Notes under the pieces: generated by a model
Database searches by the model: none
Seen by the model: only the letters and a program-made list of their open reading frames with translations
What the model was told of the DNA's origin: nothing
Source: an uncultured Desulfosarcina sp.
Lineage (GTDB): Bacteria; Desulfobacterota; Desulfobacteria; Desulfobacterales; Desulfosarcinaceae
NCBI GenBank assembly: GCA_963674945.2
Contig: CAXXWQ010000004.1
Location: 672,001 to 736,000, forward strand
Direction: 5' to 3'
DNA: 64,000 nucleotides
Translations under genes and position numbers: made by a program
Shown: positions 18,454 to 27,267 of the stretch, one piece after another
How the letters are laid out: each line of letters opens with the position of its first letter
Position numbering within the stretch: position 1 is the stretch's first letter

Positions 18454-19707
18454 CTACTCATATCTACCGTATTTTTTAAGCGCGGCGACTCCGATATCAA
18501 TGTTCTCTGCAGTCGTCCAGTATGTCGGTTTAAATGACGGACCGAACTTGGGCTTGTTCTTATGGCGCATCACCTGCGTCTTTATCGCTTCTTCGATCTC
18601 GCTCGGGGAGCCGAACTCGATGATGTGGTCGTCGATGGTGTAGCTCATGTACAGTTCATGATCATGGTGCCAGTCCGCAGCATAATCCAGGTCCACTGCG
18701 CCGCTTCCGCCGGTTCCGCCGTTGAAGGTCTTTCCGATCGGTCCTAAGCCCCCATGCTCATACATCACTTCAAACCACTCCTGTGCCTTGCCCAGGTACG
18801 CATATCCATAGCCCATGGAAAGTTCTTTGTTCAATTTGTCCTTACTGTACTGACAGATGGTTTCGCCAACGATTCTGAAGTGATCAGCAATCCAGATGTT
18901 TTTGTCGTTTCCCAACGGGAAACCGCCATCCTGACTTCACATCGTTATCCCATCGGGTTGGGCCTCCTCTATCATCGCCTTGCCGAAGCTGCAAAGCCAT
19001 TGTACGGCGATTTCGCTGCACGCCTTGACAAGGTCCGGTTTCTTGCGAAGACCGATACTGAACTCGGTCCAGCCCATCATCCCCATCATCACCATCAGTG
19101 GTGGTCCGGGGCAAATCGATGTCCATACCGGAATGGGAAGCTTGTATTTCTCAACGATCCGCCTGTATTCCCGGCAAGCCCAAAGATAACCCGGATACAG
19201 CCCGTCTTTCCGGGCATCGGGCAGCGGCATGCCTTCCAGGTCTTCCATGCTCTGGATGGGAGGTTTGCCTTTGATAATCGGGTTGCCGTACTCGATCATC
19301 GATGACAGGCCGCCCCACATATCCTCGCCGTAATTGATGTTGTGGATGCAGCTGTAATCGAGACCGAACCGTGCCATCATCGACAAGTGGGCCTTTACAT
19401 ACAGCTTGGGAAATTGGTACACGTCGATCGGCTTGTAGGCATCGGCGGAGTGATCCAGCATCTTCACCGTATATGGGTTGTTATGCGGTATTCCCATGAA
19501 CATACGGTCTTTGTCCTTGCCCCACATGGCAGCCTGAAAGCGCTCCAGCGGGGTCATGCCCCCCTCTTCCTCGATATTCTTGAGGATCTTCTCACAAATG
19601 CGCTCTATTTCCCGTGTCTCTTCGGGAGACCACTCAAAATCAAGTTTATCGAGCGGTGTGTTGTACCAGTAAGGCGCATTTTCAAGTGGCTGTCTTCCTT
19701 TAAACAT
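18454..19707 (-). CDS. Selenocysteine-containing URO-D/MtaA-fold methyltransferase, copy 2
   Basis: Identical to copy 1; in-frame TGA at 18937-18939. Confidence 0.88.
18889..18936 (-). promoter_or_regulatory. Bacterial SECIS-like element, copy 2
   Basis: Identical to 15430-15477. Confidence 0.8.
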
Positions 19708-19875
19708 AGCCAGTTGCCTCCTTGTGTACTACCTGTTTCTTAAATTACCGTGCCGGCAAAACCACGAAACCGATCGCGTGAAATAGCCATTTTCGCTCTA
19801 TTTACCCCCTCCCCGATTCGGTTTCGTGGCTGATGCCACACAGAGCAAATAATCAAGGCTGCCAGTGTAACCCTT

Positions 19876-20526
19876 CTACCCCCTGGCGGCTACGATCGCC
19901 TTGACTTTCTCGATGGCTTCATTGGCGGTGTCGCCATAGGCATCGGCGCAAACCTTGTCGCACCACTCCTGCGTCATGCCCCAGCCACCGATGATGTATA
20001 TCACCTGGTCCCTGATGCCCGCTTCCACCAGCGCATCATGAATCACCTTGCAGTACGGCTTCTGGGGGCCTAAAATCGCAGAAGCGCCAACGACCTTGGC
20101 ATTGTACTCCTTGGCCGCCGCGACAAAGGCATCCGCCGTCTGGTTCTCACCGATGTCGATCACATTGTAACCGGCCGCGGTAAACACCGAGGCCACGACA
20201 CGCTTGCCCACGCAGTGCTCGTCGCCTTCCACCGTGCCGATCACCATGTTCTGGCCCACACCCGTGGATCCTTTTTCCATCACCGGCTTCAACCTGGTGA
20301 TCACATCGTTTAACAGCTCGCCGGCCAGAACCAGGTCGCTGGTGAATCGCGTATGGGCATCGAAGCCCTCACCGATGATGGTCAGACCCGGTTGAAGCCC
20401 TTCGATGATGATCTCCATGGGATCCATGCCCGCCTCCAACGCTTCGTCGACCAGATCCATTACATCGTCGTCTTCGATCTCAACGGTGGCTTCCGTTAAT
20501 TTCTTAAGGATTTCCTCTTTAGACAT
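19876..20526 (-). CDS. Methyltransferase cognate corrinoid protein 1, copy 2
   Basis: Identical to 16417-17067. Confidence 0.93.
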   Translation of the reverse strand: MSKEEILKKLTEATVEIEDDDVMDLVDEALEAGMDPMEIIIEGLQPGLTIIGEGFDAHTRFTSDLVLAGELLNDVITRLKPVMEKGSTGVGQNMVIGTVEGDEHCVGKRVVASVFTAAGYNVIDIGENQTADAFVAAAKEYNAKVVGASAILGPQKPYCKVIHDALVEAGIRDQVIYIIGGWGMTQEWCDKVCADAYGDTANEAIEKVKAIVAARG

Positions 20527-20568
20527 TCGCTCTTTTCTCCTTACTATTGGGTATAGACTTGAGAATGG

Positions 20569-21816
20569 TTAGAACCTTGCCATTTTCTTGGTCATATCAA
20601 ACAGCTTGTCCACATACTCCATGGGAGTCCAGTAGTCGAGAACACCGAGGGCCTGGAAGTGCTTGGGATATTTCTTGGCTTCGGCAACGCGCACTTTCAG
20701 TTCCGCTTCCACGGCGTCAAAATCGCCATCCAGAACGATATGGTCATCCACACTGCACCCGCAGTACAAATCCTTTTCCCTGGCATAGGCATGGATAAAG
20801 GCGGGATCCATCTCAGGGCCGACCCACCAGCCGTCGAAACTGCCCGGACCGACAGCGCCATGGGGATAGTAATGCTCCTGCCAGTGTTCCCATCCGTTTG
20901 CGCCCAGGGTATGCCACATGGGAATATCCTTGCCCAGATGAGACTTGATCGTCTTTCCCACGTCCGCATACACATCCATGATGAACGTATTGTCCAGTTT
21001 TTTCGTCTTCGGAGGAAATGATCCCATGAAAGAGCACATGTACAATCCATCCGGGCCGGTCTCCTTGCACGCCTTGCCGAATGCCTTCTGGAACTCCGCC
21101 GCCTTCCACATGCACGCCTGGAACAGCTCGGGATTTTTCTTCATCATCACCGTGCCGGGACCAAAACCGGTCATGCCCAAAAACATGGTGCCCAAAGGAT
21201 CTCCGCAGAACGACAGCTCCACAGGCAACTTATCGGCAACACCGTATCTTTTCATGATCGTTTTTATCTCTTTGGCCGCCCAGAGGTATCCGGGATACAG
21301 GCTGTGCTTCTTCGGATCGGCCGGCAATACGCTCTCCAAATCCTCCATCGTCTTGATCGGCGGCTCGCCCACCATCTGCGGGGTCCCGTAGTCGATCATC
21401 CGCCCGTTGCCGCCCCAGCACTCTTCCGTATAGTGGATCACGTAAATGTTGATGATATCCAGCTTGAAACGCGCGGCCATGGCCAGATGACCCATGATGT
21501 GAAGCTTGGGCCGCTGATATAAGTCACCGGGCTTTATGGCGTCCGCCCAGGAATCAAGACAGCGAACGGCATACGGGACATTGTACTTGCATTCGATGTG
21601 AAGACGGTCCTTGTCTTTCTTCTCGAAGGTAGCCCGAAATCGCTCCATCGGCGTCATCTCTTCCTCTTCACAGTTCTCGCCGATCTTTTCGCACAACCGC
21701 TTGAGGATCAGTTCCTCCTCCACACTCCACTCAAAATGCTGATCCTCCAGCGGTACGCCGTACCAGTCGGATGGAGCATTTTCCATGTGTCCAATTTTTA
21801 CCTGTGGTTCCGCCAT
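20569..21816 (-). CDS. URO-D/MtaA-fold methyltransferase paralogue A, copy 2 (first gene of the operon)
   Basis: Identical to 17110-18357. Confidence 0.88.
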   Translation of the reverse strand: MAEPQVKIGHMENAPSDWYGVPLEDQHFEWSVEEELILKRLCEKIGENCEEEEMTPMERFRATFEKKDKDRLHIECKYNVPYAVRCLDSWADAIKPGDLYQRPKLHIMGHLAMAARFKLDIINIYVIHYTEECWGGNGRMIDYGTPQMVGEPPIKTMEDLESVLPADPKKHSLYPGYLWAAKEIKTIMKRYGVADKLPVELSFCGDPLGTMFLGMTGFGPGTVMMKKNPELFQACMWKAAEFQKAFGKACKETGPDGLYMCSFMGSFPPKTKKLDNTFIMDVYADVGKTIKSHLGKDIPMWHTLGANGWEHWQEHYYPHGAVGPGSFDGWWVGPEMDPAFIHAYAREKDLYCGCSVDDHIVLDGDFDAVEAELKVRVAEAKKYPKHFQALGVLDYWTPMEYVDKLFDMTKKMARF

Positions 21817-22012
21817 TATGAGTTCCTCCTATTAAAATTATTCGCTGCGGGACGATTTGGGTGATAACCTTCAAGAAGCGTCAAAACAATGATTCCCGGT
21901 ATCAATACCCTATTATAATAAACCCAACAATCGCCGTCTCATTATGGATGTTCCAAAGCCATTGCACTTACGGATGTTAGAGGTCACGTAATTTATGAAC
22001 CAAGTGATTCGG

Positions 22013-22195
22013 AATTAACATTTTCATTTCCATGTTGTCAATTTTTTTATGCAAAACAAATAAAAGACCTAAATAACTGAATTTGATATCATTATTATCA
22101 TACCTGCAAAAAACCATCAAACTGTCTTGAAAATAATATTGATTTATACCAATATAAATTGTAATGCAAACACATTGTCAAGTTTTTTATGCAAA
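22013..22195 (-). promoter_or_regulatory. Tandem candidate sigma70 promoters for the methyltransferase operon
   Basis: Two copies of TTTGCATAAAAAA(A/C)TTGACA on the minus strand, with TTGACA at 22036-22041 and 22176-22181. The -10 boxes are weak. Confidence 0.45.
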
Positions 22196-22327
22196 GTCAA
22201 GGTAATTTTTTATTATATTGATATTATTAATAATTTAAAACATACTTGAACCAAAAAGACTTTTGGTAAAAAAAATTATCCAATTTTTATGTTGAAAATA
22301 ATATTGTTATAGTTGAAAATAATATTG
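22127..22327. promoter_or_regulatory. Repeated operator-like motif TTGAAAATAATATTG (three copies)
   Basis: Exact copies at 22127-22141, 22292-22306 and 22313-22327; inverted 14-bp copy at 23634-23647. Confidence 0.65.
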
Positions 22328-22339
22328 TCGGATAATTCA

Positions 22340-22368
22340 TTGACACAATTTTGATGAACGTGTAGTTT
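22340..22368 (+). promoter_or_regulatory. Candidate sigma70 promoter for marR
   Basis: TTGACA-17 nt-TAGTTT. Confidence 0.5.
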
Positions 22369-22570
22369 GCTAGATTTTTAAAAACTACGATTCGAAGTAG
22401 TTGGAACTTTTTACCGTGCCATCTATATCGATAATGGGCAAAGGAAATTCCAAAGACTCCTACTTCATTTTCACCAACAGCCAACAAAAGGAACATCCTA
22501 CCTTAATATAATACGTCAACCCATTTAACCGAAGCATATGAATAGGGTGAACATTAGGGGTGAATCAACT

Positions 22571-23119
22571 ATGATAGATGACGCAGAGAGAAAAGAGGCT
22601 GTTAAAAATGTGACACAATTTATTTCGAAGAATTTACTGGAAATTTGGAAATTAATCGATAAGATGCTGCCCGAGCAACTGGATCCAATCAGGGACGGAC
22701 TAAAACGACGTTACGGCAAATCCGGCCAGGGAGCCGGACTTACCACCAATTTTTTCATGTTCCTGTGCGTCGCCGGTGTTCTTTATCGGGACGGAATCAT
22801 GACAATGGGTCAGCTCAGCCGGGCGACATCTATTCCTCACGCTACGATCACCCGTATGGTTCGTTGGATGGTCGATAATGGATATGTCGTTCGAAACCTG
22901 GATGCGCAGGACAAGCGCATAACAAACATCCGCCTGACGGACAGCGGCCTGGAGCTTCTTCTTGCCGCCAAGGAACAATTGAAAGATTTTGCCATAATGC
23001 TCTTGGAAGGCCTTCCAAAGGTGCAACGGATGGTATTTATATTGAGTATATCCGATGTCTTCAGCGCATGGCAGACCGTCATGGAGCGGCAAAACGACCC
23101 GGACTATCATTCAAGATAG
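22571..23119 (+). CDS. MarR-family transcriptional regulator
   Basis: MTMGQLS..HATITRMV..MVDNGYV.R..D.QDKR..IRLTDSG winged helix. The start could instead be 22538. Confidence 0.9.
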   Translation: MIDDAERKEAVKNVTQFISKNLLEIWKLIDKMLPEQLDPIRDGLKRRYGKSGQGAGLTTNFFMFLCVAGVLYRDGIMTMGQLSRATSIPHATITRMVRWMVDNGYVVRNLDAQDKRITNIRLTDSGLELLLAAKEQLKDFAIMLLEGLPKVQRMVFILSISDVFSAWQTVMERQNDPDYHSR

Positions 23120-23760
23120 GGCATATCTGTACATAGCAAATAATGAAGTAAATCATACCATTCTGCGAAACATTGCACTCTATTGCGCCCATCTCGTTAT
23201 TTCGTCTACTTCGTTTCCAGATGATTTCAATATCGACCATCCCGCAATAAGCCGGTAGTCAAGTTGCAATCAATTGACAACCGAAAAAGATATAACATTC
23301 CTGGATTATTGATTATTCTATGTTTCCCGATCAGCGGGATCTATGAACAGTGTCAAATTCTTTACCCCATGGGCGACACTATACCAAAGACATTTTCCGC
23401 TATATCTTCGGCAAGTTCGACAATGGGCCTGTTTCAGGCAAAGCCACGTTTATCGGGTGTATGATTTCAGCACCCGTTCTGTTGTTCGACAGGCGCCTTT
23501 TCCTACCGGAATAGATGAAATTATTTTCAACTTATTTTAATTTATTTTCAAATATGAGGCGCAAATTTTTATCGACAAATGCTTATACATCTGTATTTAT
23601 TGTTTTTATATGATTCACCAATGTTTGTATAATCAATATTATTTTCACCAATTGCAAAATTTGCCTTGATTTTACCAAAAAAAGTTGACATTCTCGGTGA
23701 TAAATATGTTGGCGACACATTCTTGAGACACACAACTTTTCACACACAGGAGGTACTTGT

Positions 23761-25197
23761 ATGGCAACCTTTCGTAAAGCACATCACCCGTTATACTATG
23801 ACCTAGCGGGGATAGTCGGGCCGCAATACGCTTCCGACCAGGATCACGTGCTGGAAACTTACAGCAGGGATACCAGTCTGCTGCCACCCAACAAGCAGGG
23901 TGTAGTTGTGCGACCAGGCAGCACCGATGAGGTACAGGATATCGTCAGACTGGCGAATGCAACCAAAATTCCCATCGTGCCCAGCGGTGGAAGGGCGTCG
24001 TTTTTCGGTACCCCCAAGGGAATGCATGGAAGAGGTATCGTGGTCGATATGACCCGTATGAATAAGATGATAAAAATCGACGAAACCAACCTGTCGGCAA
24101 CTGCCGAAGCGGGTATGAACACGGCGGAACTGACCACCAAATTATGGGATGTCGGATGGGATGTACATACCGCTTTCCAACCCTGGTACTCCGATACGCT
24201 GGGCGGTCAGATTGCCGGTTTCGCCGGTGCCGGCGCCGGTTATGAATTGCCTTCGGCGGGACACAACGCCGTGCATATCCCCGGACTGAAGGTCGTACTC
24301 GGAAACGGCGACGTCGTCCAAACCGGAGCCGGTCGGGGATTCAACATCAATGCCAAAGGAATCTACGATCCCTACCCCGGATTTGCCAATCTCGGCGGGA
24401 TGTTCATGGGCTCCTCCGGTACGTTCGGCATCATCACCGAAGCGACCTACAGGATGTACAGATTTTCTCCCATAAGAAAGGCTCAGTCTTACTATTTTAA
24501 AGACTTTGACCATGCATGGGAGTGCGCATGCGATATGAGTACGATTGAACCGCTTCCGTATTATTTCATCGTCATCATTCCGCCCACGGATTTCACCCGG
24601 TCCATGGGGCAGGAATCCCATATGATCATTACCATCGCCAAAGGCAACACGGAAAAGGAAGTGGATGCCAAGGTGGAGATTATCGAAGAATGCTATGCCA
24701 AGCACAAAGCGTGGCTCGCAGAAGGCCCCCAGCCGGAAGACTGGAAAGCCGCTTCCGTAGAAGGCAGACGTCACCGGGAGATGGGTGAGTTCGCTACTCC
24801 GGGGTACTGGAGCTTCTTTGAGTATTACACCGGTCGCGAGCAGATACCGGATTGCCATTATACCATGGCCCCATGGATTTATGAACAACTGGAAAAGAGG
24901 GGTGTTGAATACCGGTCCAACGAAGGCTGTGTCGCCACCGGCTCGACCTGCTGGATCATTACCACCATCATCTTCATCAAGGGTGATGACCCACACGCTA
25001 GGCAGGTGGTTGGAGAGGTCTTCGCCGAAGGCGCGGAACTGGCAGCTTCCAATGGATGGACCCCGGATTGCCATCAGGGGTGGGGTACCCGCTGCATGGC
25101 CAAGTACTGGCCCAAAGAGCATTACCAGTTCGTCAAGACGCTCAAAGGGGCATTGGACCCGAACAATATCATGAACCCCGGAATCTGGGATCTATAA
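23761..25197 (+). CDS. FAD-binding oxidoreductase (GlcD / D-lactate dehydrogenase / alkyl-DHAP synthase family) 1
   Basis: VVRPGSTDEV, DMTRMN, EAG, TLGG, GSSGTFGIITE, ALDPNNIMNPG. Confidence 0.9.
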   Translation: MATFRKAHHPLYYDLAGIVGPQYASDQDHVLETYSRDTSLLPPNKQGVVVRPGSTDEVQDIVRLANATKIPIVPSGGRASFFGTPKGMHGRGIVVDMTRMNKMIKIDETNLSATAEAGMNTAELTTKLWDVGWDVHTAFQPWYSDTLGGQIAGFAGAGAGYELPSAGHNAVHIPGLKVVLGNGDVVQTGAGRGFNINAKGIYDPYPGFANLGGMFMGSSGTFGIITEATYRMYRFSPIRKAQSYYFKDFDHAWECACDMSTIEPLPYYFIVIIPPTDFTRSMGQESHMIITIAKGNTEKEVDAKVEIIEECYAKHKAWLAEGPQPEDWKAASVEGRRHREMGEFATPGYWSFFEYYTGREQIPDCHYTMAPWIYEQLEKRGVEYRSNEGCVATGSTCWIITTIIFIKGDDPHARQVVGEVFAEGAELAASNGWTPDCHQGWGTRCMAKYWPKEHYQFVKTLKGALDPNNIMNPGIWDL

Positions 25198-25219
25198 GGG
25201 TTATCCAATAAAGCGAGAG

Positions 25220-26428
25220 GTGAAGAGAATGGAATTAGAAAAACATAAGAGAGGTATTTATAGTTGCGTCCGGTGCGGTGTGTGCGTGTTCAAGTATAAT
25301 CCCTGGGGAACAAAAAAGGTATGCCCCATCCGTGAGCACACCGAAGGCTTTGAAACCCGTGCAAACCGGGGAAGGGTCCAAGTTGCCAGGGGCGTGCTGG
25401 AAGGAACCATCGAAATCACACCCGATCTGGCGGAAGTGGCTTACTCCTGTCTGCTGTGCGGCAACTGCCGTCAGGCATGTGGTGCACTGGACCTGGAGAA
25501 CAACCTGAAACCACTGATCATTCAACCCCACATCAACAAGGCGTTGCGGGCGGATTTATATGAGTCCGGCATTGAACTTCCCGATGCGGTACACCAGTTT
25601 TGCGATACCGTTGAGAAGACCCAGAATGTCATGGGGTATGCGAATGAAGATAGGGCCGAATGGGCCGAAGAGGAAGATATAAAACTCGATCCCAATGCCG
25701 ACCTCATTTATTTTGTCGGTTGTCTGACGAGCTTTCGGGAAGTTGAAATCGCCCAGGCGGTGGGTAAGATTCTCAACATCCTGGACATCCCCTTCAACAT
25801 CCTGGGAGAGGAAGAGCACTGCTGCGGCAATCCCATGCTGATGATGGGCAACCTGTTTCTGGCCAAGGATTTGATGCGGCACAACTATGAGCTGATGAAG
25901 GGCAAGAAAGTCGTTGCCTCCTGTGCCGGCTGCTATCGCATCCTTCTTCAGGATTACCCCAAGATGCTGAAGCTGGAAGGCGATGATTATAAGATCGAAC
26001 CCATACACATCGTGCAGCTGCTGGCCGAACAGATCGAACAGGGCAAGGTGAAGTTCACCAAAGAGATCAACAAGACCGTAGTCTATCACGATCCTTGCGA
26101 ACTGGGTCGGGACACGCAGACCTACGATGCGCCGCGACAGATTCTCGAGGCCATTCCCGGGCTCAAACTCGTGGAGTTCGAGGCCAATAAGGAACAGACT
26201 TGGTGCTGCGGCGGCGGCGGCGGTGTGAAAGGCACGAACTATGACCTTGCTGTGGAGATTGGATCCGACAAAGTCAAACAGGCCAACGACGTCGGCGCTG
26301 AGATGATCGTATCCGCCTGCCCTTCCTGCAAGAGAAACATCATCGACGGCATCAATCTCGTTGGATCTGATCTGGATACGCTGGACGTTCTGGAACTGTG
26401 TATTGAAGCTGGGATCACAAAAGCATAA
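25220..26428 (+). CDS. HdrD/GlcF-like Fe-S oxidoreductase (ferredoxin-type clusters plus two CCG domains) 1
   Basis: CVRCGVC, CLLCGNCRQAC, EEHCCG, YHDPCELGR, CCGGGGG, SACPSC. Confidence 0.92.
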   Translation: MKRMELEKHKRGIYSCVRCGVCVFKYNPWGTKKVCPIREHTEGFETRANRGRVQVARGVLEGTIEITPDLAEVAYSCLLCGNCRQACGALDLENNLKPLIIQPHINKALRADLYESGIELPDAVHQFCDTVEKTQNVMGYANEDRAEWAEEEDIKLDPNADLIYFVGCLTSFREVEIAQAVGKILNILDIPFNILGEEEHCCGNPMLMMGNLFLAKDLMRHNYELMKGKKVVASCAGCYRILLQDYPKMLKLEGDDYKIEPIHIVQLLAEQIEQGKVKFTKEINKTVVYHDPCELGRDTQTYDAPRQILEAIPGLKLVEFEANKEQTWCCGGGGGVKGTNYDLAVEIGSDKVKQANDVGAEMIVSACPSCKRNIIDGINLVGSDLDTLDVLELCIEAGITKA

Positions 26429-26445
26429 TGTAAGGAGAATGAAAT

Positions 26446-26892
26446 ATGCCGAAGATTGGTAAGTATTGGGTAGACAAGGATCTTTACTACTGGCCCCATG
26501 ACACCGCGCACAGCTGGGCGAAAAATGAAGACGGTAAAATCAGAGTGGGCGTCGACGACTTTGCTCAGAAGCAGGCCGGAGAACTCAAGTTTATGAGACT
26601 TTTCCCCGCCGGTAAGAAAGTGAAGCAGGGAAAACGGTTCGGAACCCTGGAGACGGCCAAGTGGGTCGGCCCATTGTTGTCGCCTGTAAACGGAACGATC
26701 GTAGAGACCAACCAGGCGGTTCTGGACCAGCCGACGCTGGTCAACGAAGACCCTTATGGCGATGGCTGGCTGGTGATTATCGAGCCGTCCGACATAGATG
26801 ATGATATGACCCGGCTGGTGAAGGGAGACTCACCCGAAGCTGCCGAATGGATGAAGAAAGACATCACTGAGATCGCCAAGGAAAATGTGTAA
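26446..26892 (+). CDS. Lipoyl-carrier protein 2 (GcvH/LbpA-like)
   Basis: LETAKWVGP lipoyl-Lys motif (KWVG type), SPVNG, NEDPYGDGW. Confidence 0.92.
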   Translation: MPKIGKYWVDKDLYYWPHDTAHSWAKNEDGKIRVGVDDFAQKQAGELKFMRLFPAGKKVKQGKRFGTLETAKWVGPLLSPVNGTIVETNQAVLDQPTLVNEDPYGDGWLVIIEPSDIDDDMTRLVKGDSPEAAEWMKKDITEIAKENV

Positions 26893-26902
26893 TAACGTAC
26901 TT

Positions 26903-26949
26903 CACCTGCACCGCAGGTGGTAATAAAAAGCCCCCTCGAAAGAGGGGGC
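26903..26949. terminator. Two hairpins after the lipoyl carrier gene
   Basis: CACCTGC-ACC-GCAGGTG and GCCCCCTC-GAAA-GAGGGGGC. The A-tract lies on the left, so a U-tract exists only on the minus strand. Confidence 0.5.
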
Positions 26950-27267
26950 AATAAAACGGCGGCATACACAATCCCAACGATCGTGGCATAAATTTCGCCA
27001 TTTATCTATAGGTTCTTCCTCCATTTTCGTCCTTTTGGCTTTTCGGAGGGAGAGCCTATTTATGCTCATAGGATCGGCAGAACCGTATGCGTCCACGACG
27101 AAACGTGGGTGGCGAATGCCTGACGGTAAGAGCCTCGATATTATACTAACGGGAGCCCATAATAGCATCCGCACCTTACTGTTCGCAGCTCATGGGAAGT
27201 GTAAGAAGTATTACAGGCAAAGGGCTTCAGGGGCTGATGCTACTTGTTCATAATGAAGAGGGATAGA

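Larger units (their letters stand above)
18443..21833. repeat. Direct repeat copy 2 (3391 bp)
   Basis: Same sequence as 14984-18374. The unique 68-bp spacer is 18375-18442. Confidence 0.97.

Noticed and set aside
22280..22330. CRISPR-like short repeats
   Set aside because: Only two adjacent copies about 17 bp long with a 4-bp gap and no cas genes; better explained as operator sites.
27035..27253. 72-aa ORF or a known riboswitch (fluoride, ZTP, c-di-GMP) in the intra-operon gap
   Set aside because: The ORF has a TTG start and no motif, and the riboswitch consensus elements could not be matched by eye.
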